From NCBI RefSeq assembly GCF_009914755.1, contig NC_060929.1: DNA of 64,000 nucleotides; one strand, 5' to 3'. Source of the DNA: the human T2T-CHM13v2.0 reference genome, Homo sapiens. The notes beneath the pieces are model-generated. The model searched no databases, was not told where the DNA came from, and saw nothing but the letters and a program-made list of their open reading frames with translations. Both the position numbers and the translations under genes were made by a program. Position 1 is the stretch's first letter. Each line of letters starts with the position of its first letter. This document shows positions 18,694 through 31,914 of the stretch, piece after piece.

Positions 18694-19151
18694 TGTGAGA
18701 CAGAATCGTTGCTTCTTGAAGATGTTTGTGTCCTAATCTCTGGAAACTGTGTATCTATGACCTTACGTGATAAAAGGAATTTTGCAGATGTGATTAAGTT
18801 AAGAATTTTGAGACAGGGAGATTATAATAGATTATCTGGCTGAGTCCAATATAATCATAGGGGACTTCATAAGAGGGAGACAGACAGATTAGAGTTGGAG
18901 AAGGAGATATGGTGATGGAAGCAGAGTTCAGAGTGATGATAGAAAGGGACCACAAGCCAAGGAATGCAGACATTCTCTAGAAGCTGGAAAAGGCAAGGAA
19001 AACTTTCACTTGAGACTCCAGAAAAAACATAACCCTGTTTATACCTTGATTTTAGAACTTGAGACCTCCAACCTGAACAGTAACACACTTTTCTTGTTTT
19101 AAGATGCAAATTTTGTCGAATTTGTTACAGCAGCAACAGACAGCTAATACA
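18694..19151 (+). mobile_element. MLT1D (MaLR) 5' LTR
   Basis: 'aaaggaattttgcagatgtgattaagttaag...ctagaagctggaaaaggcaagg...tttgttacagcagcaacagacagctaataca'. Confidence 0.88.
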
Positions 19152-21413
19152 AACTTTATTTGTACTAAATGTGAAATGCTATTGTGACAAATATCTAAAA
19201 ATGTGTCAGTGGCTTTGGAATTGGACAATGGGAAAAGATTGGAAAAGTTTTCAGAAGAATGATAGACAAAGGTTAGGTTTTCTTAAATGGACAGTTAGAA
19301 ATACAGATGTTCACAACTCTGCTAGGGAGGACTGAGATTTTATGTGAAGAACATGATAAAGGAAACCCATATTATCATGGAGAATTCTTAAATAATCAAA
19401 AACAGGCTTAGAAATATGAACCTTACAGGTGCAGCTGCAGAGGCTTAAGAAGGAACATTTCATTAGAAGCTTGAGGAAAGGAAATCTTTCTTATATAGTG
19501 GCAGAAAGTTTAGTGGAATTGTGTCCTATGGTTATGTAGAAAGTCCAACTTGTAAGTGATGAGCTTGTTTCCAAGCAACCCACTGAAAGTGAAGCCTGGT
19601 GTTTTCTTGCTCTTTATAGTAAAATGCGAGAGGAAAGAAACACATAGAAAGAAAACCCGTTAAGCAAAAATGAACCAGGACTTAGTTTTGGGAAATCCTC
19701 AAATTTACCCAGATTGTAAAAGACAACAAAATTAGGAGATTCACTGTCAGAAAAAGTGTGCTCTGGTAAGTAAGCCCAGATGTGGCTGGAAAATCTTTTG
19801 CTAGTGCCTTTGAAGGCACAAAATGTCATGGTATTCAATTGCACAAAGGGATCTTTGAAGGGATGAGGGATGTGACTCATGGATCCCCTCAATGGCCATT
19901 TAAGCAGAAATGAGGAATACATATAATACTATCTAGGAAGTATACTGGGATGAGGGAGGGTAAGGTGGAATCTCTCATCTAATGTAATGAATCCCAGGAC
20001 AGGCATAAGAAGCCCACAAGGTTCTTCAGAATTTTATACCAGCAGAAAACTGCCAATTTGGACTTAAAGAGCCAGGGATAGAATAAAATTAAAGAAGGCT
20101 GTTAGAGTCCCAAAATTCTACAGGCAGGAAACAGGCTGATTAAACTATTCAGCTTAAATTTGTGCTAAACTTCACAAAAAAAGAAGGATAATTCTGACGA
20201 AGAAGGCTTGAGTCCAGAGAGTAGAGTCCTTAGCTCAGAGGATGGAGACAAAAACTACAAGAATTATTCTCAGACCTTGAAATCTAATACTGTTTTCCTA
20301 GCTAGATTTCAAAATTGCTTGGGACTGGTGACTCTTTTCAAAAAAAAAAAAAAAAGACTATTTTTTTAGAGCAGTTGTATGTTCATAGCAATATTGAGCA
20401 GAAGGTACAGACATTTTCTCTACATATCCAGTGTCCCCTGCATCCCCAGCTAAAGTGGGGACAATTTGCTACAATTGATGAACCTATATTGACATGTCAT
20501 CACCACCCACAATCCATAGTTTATATTAGGGTTCACTTGCTATTCTATATTCTATAAGTTTGGACAAACATACAATGTCATGTATCCACCATTATCGTAT
20601 CCTACAGAGCAGTTTCACTGCTCTAAAAGTTTTCTGGACTATGGGTATTTATCCCTGCCTTCCCCCTAATCCCAGACAACCACTGAGATTTTTACTTTCT
20701 TCATTCTGTTGCCTTTTCCAGAATGTCTTTTAATTGGAATTATACAGTATGTAGCCTTTCAGACTGGCTTTTCTCACTTAGCAATATGCATTTAAATTTC
20801 CTTCATGTTTCTTCAGGGCTTGATAGATTATTTATTTTTAGTGCCTGGTAATATTCCATTGTCTGGATGTACCACACTTTATCCATTCAATTATTAAAGG
20901 ACATCTTGGTTGCTTCCTGTTTTGGAAATTATGAATGAAGCTACTATAAACACCAGTGTCCAAGTTTTTGTGTGGACATAAGGTTTTGGCCCCTTTGGGT
21001 AAATACCATGCAGCACAATTGCTGGATCTTATGATAAAAGTGTGCTTGGTTTTGCAAGAAACTGCCAAATTTGTCTTCCAAAGTAGCTGTACTATTTTGC
21101 GTTCTCACTGCTGTAATTCCTTTTTTCATTTTCATACATTTCGAATGGGAATGTCTATAACTGTTATTTCATACCTGTCCTACCATGATATTTTTAAAGC
21201 AGATAACTTGTTTTTCTAGTTTACCGGCAGACAGATGAAGAGGAATTTTGTACCAGAATCAATTATAAGCAGAGACTAACCCATCTAACTTAAAATATTA
21301 GGATAGATAACATTGAGTGCTGGAATTGCTTGAGGTTTTGGAGCATGTGGGAATGTGGTTAATGAATTTTGCATGTGAGACAGACATAAATCCTTGGGGG
21401 CCAGAGGGTGGAT
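19152..21413 (+). mobile_element. MLT1-int internal region, interrupted by L1MC at 20341-21112
   Basis: 'gctattgtgacaaatatctaaaaatgtgtcagtggctttggaattgg' directly after the LTR; purine-rich tract 'gggggccagagggtgga' before the 3' LTR. Confidence 0.8.
20341..21112 (-). mobile_element. L1MC-type LINE 3' fragment
   Basis: 'tttttagagcagttgtatgttcatagcaatattgagcagaaggtacag' (antisense L1MC 3' end) ... 'actgccaaattgtcttccaaagtagctgtac'. Confidence 0.82.
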
Positions 21414-21770
21414 TACGGTAGACACAATAATTATTACCTAATGTTCATATTTTTGTCTTTGGAATCTCTGACTATATTACCTTACATGAAAAAAGGACTT
21501 TAAAATTGCGATTCTGTTACATTACTTGAGATGGGGAGAATATACTGGATTATCTGAGTTAGACCAATGTAATCACAGGAGTCCTTATAAGGAAGATCAG
21601 ATTCAGATAAGGAGAAGATAAGATGATAGAAACAGAGGTCAGAGTGATGTGGGGCCGTGAACCAAGAAATGTAGACAGGGTTTGGAAGCTGAAAACATGA
21701 GGAAAGGGATTCTCTCCCATAGCGTCCAGAAAAAAATGCATCCATGCTCACACCTTGATTTTAGGACTTC
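21414..21770 (+). mobile_element. MLT1D 3' LTR (truncated)
   Basis: Direct-repeat homology to 18694-19060: 'ccttacatgaaaaaaggacttt...gagatggggag...ccttgattttaggactt'. Confidence 0.85.
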
Positions 21771-22286
21771 AAACGAACACTTAACAATCACCACAAAAAG
21801 ACTGAGATATAAAAGCATTTAGAAGGAAATAAAGTTTGAAATAAATGTTTATAAGAGAGTTCAGGGTTTATAAGGACTAACTAAACAAACAAAAAGCAGG
21901 TATTTACAGAAAACAATTATGTCTTATGACAAATTCCTAGATTTTATCATTATTTTGTTCCTAGGGAAACGTAGTAATTTTCTCACATATTCATCCTATC
22001 TGAAAGGTTTTTCATTTTTTATACACATGCAGATATCAGTCTTGCAAACTTATTAGGAAATCAGTAATTAACAAAAAAGGCTTAATGTTATTTTTATGTT
22101 GGGGTCTAGAACTAGACAGGATGAACTTGCTTCTTCAATTTGCTTTTGTTCATTTTTGTTCATATTTTTTATCTATCTCAGGTTTTAAGTTCCTCCCCTC
22201 CCCTCTGACGGTAGAATGTGATGTACCCATACCCATAATGGCAGAAGGACAAGGTGTTAGTTTTTCTCAGAAATAACTTATCATAA

Positions 22287-22686
<400 letters not shown>

Positions 22687-22871
22687 TAGTATTCACATAC
22701 ATGAAAGTAGTACACTTCATTTTCTTGATTTTCTATTTTTGAGCAATTGGGTTGTTTCCAAATTTTTGCTATTATAAATAAAAATTCAATTGGCATCCTT
22801 ATAATCAGATCTTTGTGATCATTAATATTATGTATTAACTATTAATCTATATTTTTAGAAGTTGAATTTTG

Positions 22872-23513
22872 TTTTTAATACTTTTAATTGACATAATAAT
22901 AGTATGTATTTATGGGGTACATGTGATATTTTGATACAAGTATACAATGTGTAATGATCAAATCAGATTAGGACATTCATACAATGTATAATGATCAAGT
23001 CAATTAGGACATTCAACACCTCAAACATCATTTCTTTGTATAGGAAACATTTCAAATCTTCTAGCTATTTTGAAATATACAATAAAGTATTAACTATACT
23101 CAACTTACTGTGCTATCGAACAGTAGAACTTATTCCTTCTATCCAACTGCATATTTGTACCTATTTACCAACCTCTCTTCATCTCCCTTTTCCAGCCTCT
23201 AGTAACCATCATTCTATTGTTTACCTCCATGAGATCGCCTTTTTAGCTCCCATATTTGAGGAAGAACATACAATATCTTTCTGTGCATGACTTATTTCAC
23301 TTAACATAAAGATTTTCAATTCCATCCATATTGCTGCAAATGACAGGATTTCATTCTATTTTATGGCTGAATAGTATTCCATTTTGTATATAAACCACAT
23401 TTTTAAAATCCATTTATCTGTTGGTGAACACAGGCTGATTCTATATCTTGGATATTGTGAATAGTCCTGCAATAGACATGGGGGTGCAAGTATTTTTTTT
23501 GATATAATGATTT
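22872..23513 (-). mobile_element. L1MA-type LINE 3' fragment with an intact 14-bp TSD
   Basis: 'atttatggggtacatgtgatattttgataca...ctagctattttgaaatatacaat'; TSD gaagttgaattttg at 22858-22871 and 23514-23527. Confidence 0.88.
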
Positions 23514-26500
23514 GAAGTTGAATTTTGAAGCAAACTGCATATCAATCTTAAAATATATAGTTAATAATGGCACACTGTTCTAGGAGTTGTTAACACATTT
23601 GTTAAAGACTTTCCTTCAAATTGAATTCTAAAAAGTTTTGAATTCTTTCATACTTATAACCTGTATATTCCCTACTTAACACCCTTGTAGAGAATATTGC
23701 ATATTAGAAACACATAAGATTAACCTAGTGAAGCAATCTGAAAGTTTATTCCCCATTATCTGAGGACTGTTTATCCAACTTGAAAATAAATCACGCTTTC
23801 CATTTGTCCTTTGTTATATTAATATTTGTGGTGTGTGCAGTCATTATGCTCAATGAGTTTAGTATACCACATAGTATAAACACTTGTAAAGTCTGACACT
23901 AATGCACGTTGAATCAAGTCCGAAAGGAAATTTCAGGAAGTCGTCTTTGCATTTCTCTCATGGCTAAGTCTCTTCCCTAAGTCTCTTCCCTACAGATGAA
24001 GCCTATCAAATTGTCTTCAGTTATTATTGAGTAGAGGTGACCAACTATATGGGAAAAGTAATGAATCATACAGGGATTAATTCTGTTTTCAGTAATTGGC
24101 CTCTTCTTCCATGTTTTGCTACTAAATGAGAAATCTTACTTGAGACATAGTAAAGATGAAGCAACTGTTAGCATTCAGGGTTAGCACCTGCTCTGGAGTT
24201 CGTGGGCTCATGAGGGCAGCCTAAGTTTTAATTGCTAAGACCTGATACTCGTTGTAGAATAATCCAGATGTATGGAATTAAATGAGATAGGTTGCTTAGC
24301 TTGCAACGAGGATAAAATGTCTTTTTAATTTGATTAAGAATATAAAAGTCTGACATTTTATGAAAGATATCACATTTCCCTGGTATATACTTGATTTATT
24401 TCTGTTTCTGTAGCTCCAAAACATTTTCAGTATTTTGGTGGAACTGTTCAGCCACTGACAAGTTACGGAATTAGTTGAGGAGTCAATTTGATCAAAAGTT
24501 TTAAAGAAATTTCAGTTACAAAGTTTAGTTTATAGGAAAATGAGCTTGAAGTGATTAAATAGCAACTCCCAAGCTGCCAACAACCGGTAGGAGTATAGTG
24601 GGGTGGATGTTTGATGTTGAAATGTAGGCATATCAGAATGTATGAATTATTTTGTGTACAGGAAAATGCCATTTCAAATAAAATTAAGCTTACTTGCTCA
24701 AACAGGAGGAAACCCGAATCTCTCCCATAGACACGGGATCAGAGGACTAAAGGGAATTTTTAAAGCATTTGAATTTGAGTCCTTGAATGAAGCAAAGCCA
24801 TTTCTGGAGACAGGCATTCCACAGGGAACACTTTGAGGTACAGTGCAGTTCCTTAAATTTTAGAAATTCCACTTTAATGCACTGTGGATGGCCAGTAGTA
24901 AGTTTAAGATCATTTCAGGCTCTAAGCTGTATCAGTGTGATTATTTGTGTTTAATATTAAAGGTTGATGTTTAACTGCAGGCAGAGAGATTAATAATTCC
25001 CCACAACTTGAGCTATATGCTTGTTTCAAAATTATTATCCATTCAGAAGCCAACCTACATTGAAGGGTCAGCAAGAAAGTTCATAGACTGAGCATTCATT
25101 ACCAGGCTAAGAAAAAATATCTGCAGGCGTTTCTAACAGAGACACATGGCTGCCTCATAAGGAAAAATATAAATTTTATCAGAATGACAATAAATTTAGT
25201 TTACGCTTTTGTACATATTAGTGCTTTTACTAATATAACTGTTAACTATCTATAGGTCCTACTGTGAAATACATAAAATGTAAATGTGTTAGAAAATAAC
25301 AAAAAAAAATCTTTTGCCTGCCTCCCCCATACAATTCTAAGTTTAAAAAAGCCTAGGCATTCTTACAGATATATTATGTTCACTGAAACATTTCAAGAAA
25401 TTTTGAGTTCCTACCTTGTGGCAAGAGCTTTTGTCTCTGCTGGAGAATCAGCCTCAGTGAATCTTGATCTGAAGCAGCTGTTGAGGCTTCCAAACCCTGT
25501 CCTTGCTTTTATATACCCAGAGGAAACTATTTTATCCTATATCAAGCAACTCTCTCAAAACATTGCCTTTTCTTAGAAATTTGATTTTCTGATGTCTTGT
25601 GACTTGAGATATTTGAGTGGCAAACATAGAAATTTATTTCTGTAACACGATATTGCTAAAACTGTGGGCCATGTGATTGGATTGGCTATTAGAAACACAT
25701 GTGATTATTTTGCTCTGTTGTTTCCTTACACCTTTCAAGAAAGCTCAGCTGACTTATACAAATTTAATCTGCTCCAGGTCTTTCTCTGTAACATGTAGAA
25801 CAAAAATTTTTGAAGGATTATATCGTCTACATCATTTTTCTATTTTTGGGCCTAGACATTTATATTTCTAAAAACCTTTTCCATAGCCATTAGCAAGTTA
25901 GTCACTGTTCAAACAAATGTTCATGTCTTCACCACTCTGAGATAGTCAACCTGGAAGGTACTCTTGCATAAGTCTAAGATGAAATATATGCCTGACCTTG
26001 ATCTATCCTCCTATCTGACACTCTGTTGATACTTCTCACTATATCTTTTGTTAGGCATCCACCTATAAAAGTTTCTTAGTCCCTCTTAACATGTGCCATA
26101 ATGGCATCTCAATCTATAGTAACTACATAGCCTTAAAATTCAGTTAATTATGCCAGAAGTATAATATAATCAACTTATCGGCTTTTCTCTTTTACATATA
26201 CCAAATAGTATGTGAGTGCTCAATGTCTTCAATAACTTTAGTGTGGATTGCTTTTGTGAGTGACTCCTTTTCTTATGTCTTGAAGATTTCTCTTAGTAGT
26301 TTGTTTTGTTGTGGAGTTATTCCAGTTTGCTTTTTTCCTCTTGTTCTCAGTTAAGTTCCTTTGGTTCTTATTTGCCATTCCTGAACTAGGCAAAGCTAAA
26401 CTGTTGCCCTCTTTTCTGGTATGATTATTATAAACAATAAGACGTGTGTGGATGTGTGTATATTATATCTCCTTTTACACCTAATGGTGGGTTCCCTAAT

Positions 26501-27971
26501 ATCCTAAGCATTCTTCTGTTTGAATACCTCTTATTTTCTGGTTTCAATCTATGGATCCTTCTTCATTTTTTCCCTTTCATATTACTACTGTTCTAATTCA
26601 GACTAGAAGACCAAAGCCTACTTTTAAAGGTGACCTCAAAACATACACCTGCTTTCTAAATTCATTTCAATCCTCCTTTAGTATTTGAGTACATTATTTC
26701 TAGTGGCAGAATGTTTCAAATGTAAGCCTATATTAAATGTATTTCTTTGCCTTTGGAAATTATTGGAAAATAGTTTCACTGAAATTTTTACTTTACCATA
26801 TTCATGAGGTATCTATATTCAAAATATAAGCAAATGCAATATTTTCTGTATATCTTACCTTTTCTTTGGTAAAATAGATAATGTCACTATGAGTTGAACC
26901 CACAGTCAAGATACTAAACTCAACAACTATAATCAAGGCTTGTGAAGCAAACAGTTCAGGACTAACAAGTTTATATGATTCAGAGGTAACTTCAGAAGCC
27001 CATGAACAAGCCAATGAATCTCTGAAACTGTTTTCCAGTTTCCTCTTTCACTTGGTAGTTCAAAATGATAGAGAAAGAACACATTTTAAAAAATCATCTA
27101 AAGCAGCCTTCTAAAGCTGAAAACTAGCAATCTGAAGACCCAGGTCTCATGCATCAGTTAGGGTTTATGTAACTAAATATAATAAAATGCATATTGGCCA
27201 ATAACTGTTAAGCAAGCATACACAGATTTATTCTCTCTCCCCTCCCTTTGTCTCTTCTCCATCTCCCTTTCCTCTCTTTTTTTTCACTATAGAGTTTATC
27301 TGCTTTTAGAGGAGCCAGGTCTTGATGACTCCATTTCCTCTGTCATCTAATTTCAGCATCTTTTCTACCTGCATCTGAGTTTACAAACGCTAACTAAAGA
27401 TGTTTACATGATATTCCTGCTGGAGTCAAGTTTCATTACTCTGTTAAAATCTTTGGCCTTGGTATTTGGTAATTTTCTCTGGTAATATCAATCTTCAATG
27501 TTGTTTTAAAAGTTTACTGTTCTGTTAAGCCCCTGTACACTAAAAGTTTGGTGTGCCAATAGCTTACTCTTCATCTCTATTGATTCTAAACAATAATACT
27601 TATACAAAAAGACAAACCTCAAGTAGAGACAAAAATTGGCTTTATATATAAACCATACAGTGCCCAACAGCCTCTCAAAACACAGAGATTTCTGGGAGAA
27701 TGGGGTTTGTATCTACTGATTCCAGCAGCAATCTGAAAGCAGCCAGGTCTAAAGGCAAGGCTTACCTGATTCGCCTATTTAGGGTAGGCTGGAGACACTG
27801 AATAGGAGAGAATAAAGATCTAGCCGGGCAGGTTCTGCAGGATAGCTGCCTGCATAGTGCCTAGAAGTCCTTAAAATTCTTGAAGCAGATGGTGAAAGAG
27901 AAAGTCAATCACTAGTGAGCCATTGCCTTTTACTTAGTCAATAGATGACAGGCTCTCAACAATCATATTAG

Positions 27972-28144
27972 CTAGGGCGTGACAAAGGGGCAAGATTAGA
28001 AGCACCTGGGGAGCTTTTAAAGATTCTTATGTCCAGAATTCTGGTGTACAGGATGTACTCAAGTCTAGTTAAATAAGAATTTCTGGAAGTGGGAGCCAGG
28101 CTTCCCAGATTAGTCCAACCTGGAGCAAAGTAAGGGAACAAATG
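27972..28144. mobile_element. MER5-like hAT MITE
   Basis: 'attagaagcacctggggagcttttaaa...aagaatttctggaagtggg'. Confidence 0.6.
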
Positions 28145-28489
28145 AGCTACATGTTTTTACTCTACATACTCTCTTCATGGAAGATGACAGAAATCTCCTT
28201 TATGGAAAGTTAAAGATCGAGGAAAAGAACAAATTACTTGTCTCTGAATCTCATATTAATTTTATAGATGGAAATAATAATACTTTACTTCTGAGTGATT
28301 TTTAAAAAATCAAATGGTATGATGCAATAAAACATCTTGTACATAATTATTCAGTATTTTTCTTTGTCAGAAGAAGGTAGTATATTATTCATTATTTAAA
28401 TATAAAAGTAAAGCATTACCGTAATGAATTCCTGGAATTTTGTGTTGCAATAGCATCCATTCTGAGTCTAGGTTTAACTTTCTTAAACG

Positions 28490-29310
28490 TGAAGCTGGGC
28501 TTAGTAACCTTTGAACATAGTTTCTAGGTTCTCTGCTTCCTTCTAGTTCCTCAGTGTAGTTGATCCAGTTATCTGCCTTATATAATCACCTCCTAGTGAC
28601 CACCTCCCTAGGGGACTGCTAGATACAACCGACTTCATTTACCCACTGACCCCCACAACTCACATAAGCCATGCAAATATGCTGTAGCAACTACCTCTCA
28701 GTCACATTGTGACCCACCTCCCTGCCCTCTGCCATGGAACTCAACCCACCGATTAGAATTCACCAAGAGAACCCTGCTTGGGTAATGCCCTGGTCCCCAG
28801 TAAAGTCTTTGGTCCCTTGGTCTCTCCCTTGACCCCCTCCTGTTGGTTGAAGATGCATGTTCTGCATGGCTCCCCACTTCCCGTTGGCCCTGCAAGGTGT
28901 GCCGCCCTCTTCTCTCTGTGATCTGTGAGTGATCCACTGCTTCTGTTATTTCATGTGTTTTGTTTAGTTGCCTCATCGGATTCTCACCTGACTGGCACAT
29001 CTGAACCTAAATACCTAACTTCTTTCCTGGTCAGGGCTCTCCTAGACAGTGGCTGTCTTGGCAGGCATAAACTGAACCTGGGTCAGACCAGAGCTACAAG
29101 GGCATTTGCCAGTATAAATAAGTTTCCTGTGAAAGGGACACCTGGTCACAGGTTGGGCCATTAGGCATTAGGGCTGCCCATGAACATAAAGAAGTATCCC
29201 CTGAATGGCACATTGTAAACATCCATGACCAAATCCCCTGGAGCTCTGTTAGGAAAGGGCTAGAGTTTACAGCCACTTCCCTCTAGACAAAATTAGAGGA
29301 AAATACGACT
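28490..29310 (+). mobile_element. MER54/MER73-like ERVL LTR
   Basis: 'ggtcagggctctcctagacagtggctgtcttggcaggcataaactg...gtttcctgtgaaagggacacctggtcac...aaattagaggaaaa'. Confidence 0.78.
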
Positions 29311-30559
29311 GCCCATTAATGCATCCTCATTCAGCTATCAGTAAACGTCTATCTCCACACCTTTTGAATTCTCACTATGTGTTTCATCAGAACCAGATGG
29401 TGTAATCTAAACTGTTGCTCTATATGTCTTAGGATTTATTGGCATATCTGTTTCCAACTGTATCATCAATGATATACTTCATGTAATTATACATTCAAAG
29501 AAAACAGGAAAAGTAATGCAAGTGATAAAGGCATAGTATCAATGAGATTTGGAAACATTTTTCTTCAGTAGTGTTCATTGCATTCTCTGATTTAAAGTAG
29601 AATTTTAAAAGTGCATTCCAAGTTATAGATAAAAAGCAATAACATTCTCTCTAGAAATTCAAACTGTCAGTCATACTGTGTACATTCTCATTGGTTAATT
29701 TAATTTGTTAGCTGTATTTGGGAACTGCTTTGAAGAAATGAGAAATCTTTGATGTAAACTTTTCCTTCTCTTGTGTTCCCCAGTTCCAGATAAAATGGAG
29801 TAGTCACTGAGATCTGCAAACAATCTGAGCAAAACGATCTTAAGTCCTTTGGAAAATATCAAGGCCAAAATTAACAAAAAGGTGCATCTGAGTATTTTTG
29901 AATTATAATTAAATATAAATCATTTAAATATAAAGATTTTCATTTATGAGAATAGTATCAAGGCACAATTGAATGCTTAACAACTTATTTCCAGTCAAAT
30001 CACTCAAAGTCTGTTAAATATTGTAGTCATGATTGAAAAAAATTACACAATTTTATACGTATTTTGTCATTTTCATTTTCCTTAAAAAAATCATACTTAA
30101 TGTAAGTATGTGCATAAAAAGCATCAAACTTTGCAATGTCTATATCTAATAAATCTTGCATATTGACATTCTGGGGCTGAAAAATTGCCCCCAGGCTACT
30201 CTTACTCCACATATATTATCTCATGGCAACCTTAGATGAGAAGTAAATGCAACCCCGCTATCTATTTTTCATCTTTTATAAACCGAATTTTAAAAAGCTA
30301 CGTGGATCTCATATACAGTATGCAGGGATTCTATCCCAATACACACCCACCAGAGGGCTGTCACCTCTAGCTCTTGCACCCCAGACACTTCTCATACATA
30401 TAGTGCCTTCTTTTTCACTGAGTCAGGTCAGAATCAGGCTACAGTGTACCAGGACACAGTTAGGTGTTATCCTTGAACTAGATGAAGTAATCTTTCACAT
30501 TTATGTGCTTTATAGTTAAAACTCATACTATCTCTTTTAATTCCACAACAAGTATATAC

Positions 30560-30670
30560 AGTTCGTTCATTCATTCAAGTTTCAACATTTTGTCAAGCAC
30601 TGCCCTTGGGGTGCTGGGATTATGAACATGAACAATATGGTCTCTCTTTTAAGGAATTTACAATAAACTT
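30560..30670 (-). mobile_element. L2 3' fragment
   Basis: 'ttcattcattcaa...gcactgcccttggggtgctgggatt...aaggaatttaca'. Confidence 0.55.
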
Positions 30671-30681
30671 TGCAGGGAGAG

Positions 30682-30970
30682 TGTATTAGTTTCCTATTAC
30701 TGTGTAAAAAAAACTACAAATTTAGCAAATTGAAACAACACTTATTTGTGAGCACACAGTTTTGTAGATTAGAAATCTGGACAAGGTTTAATTGGGTTCT
30801 CTGCTTAGGATGTCACAATGCTAATATCAAGGTGTTGGCCAGGCTAGTCTCTTATCTGGCGGCTCTAGGGAGAAATCTGCTTAGAAGATTGTTCAAGTTG
30901 TTAGCAGAAGTGCATTCCTTAAGGCTATAGGATTGAGATCCTTATTTTCTTGCTGGCTGTCAGCCTGGGA
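30682..30970 (-). mobile_element. MLT1E-like MaLR LTR fragment
   Basis: 'tgtattagtttcctattactgtgtaa...aaacaacacttatt...aaggtgttggccaggct...cttgctggctgtcagc'. Confidence 0.8.
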
Positions 30971-31539
30971 TAATTTCTTCTACTGGGGATTTCTCATCTC
31001 TAGTGTCTGTTCTCAGGCTCTGGAAATTAGGTGATTCTTTAACCCTTTTCTGCTAAATTCTGTTCACCCAGATGGCAGACCGAACTCAAAAAAATACAAG
31101 CATCTCTCCCCACAATTACATTTCTCAAATCTTTTTGTAATATTCAGCAGCCAGAACCATTGAAACTCTTAATGAAGATATTTTAAAGTTATTTATTTTG
31201 TTTTAAAATTATTTTTGAAAATGTGTATCTTGCTCAGGCACGTTGTTTTAGATTGTCTTACATAGTATCTTCATGTAAACACACAATAACCAGTCACAAT
31301 TTCCAATTTAACATCATGCAGATTATTGTAGTAGTAAGATTCTCTTTTAGGTGGCAAAATAGACAAGGTAATCAGCAATAGGTTCAAGGGCTACAGAAAT
31401 GTCAAGAAAGATATGGAATAGGAAAGAAATAAGTCATTGGTTATATCTTAGATTCAGATAGTGTTTTCAGTTGCGCAGTGGGAACAAAAGCTAGATTGCA
31501 GGGGGTTGATTAGGAAAATAATATAGAAAAAAAAAAAAA

Positions 31540-31914
<375 letters not shown>

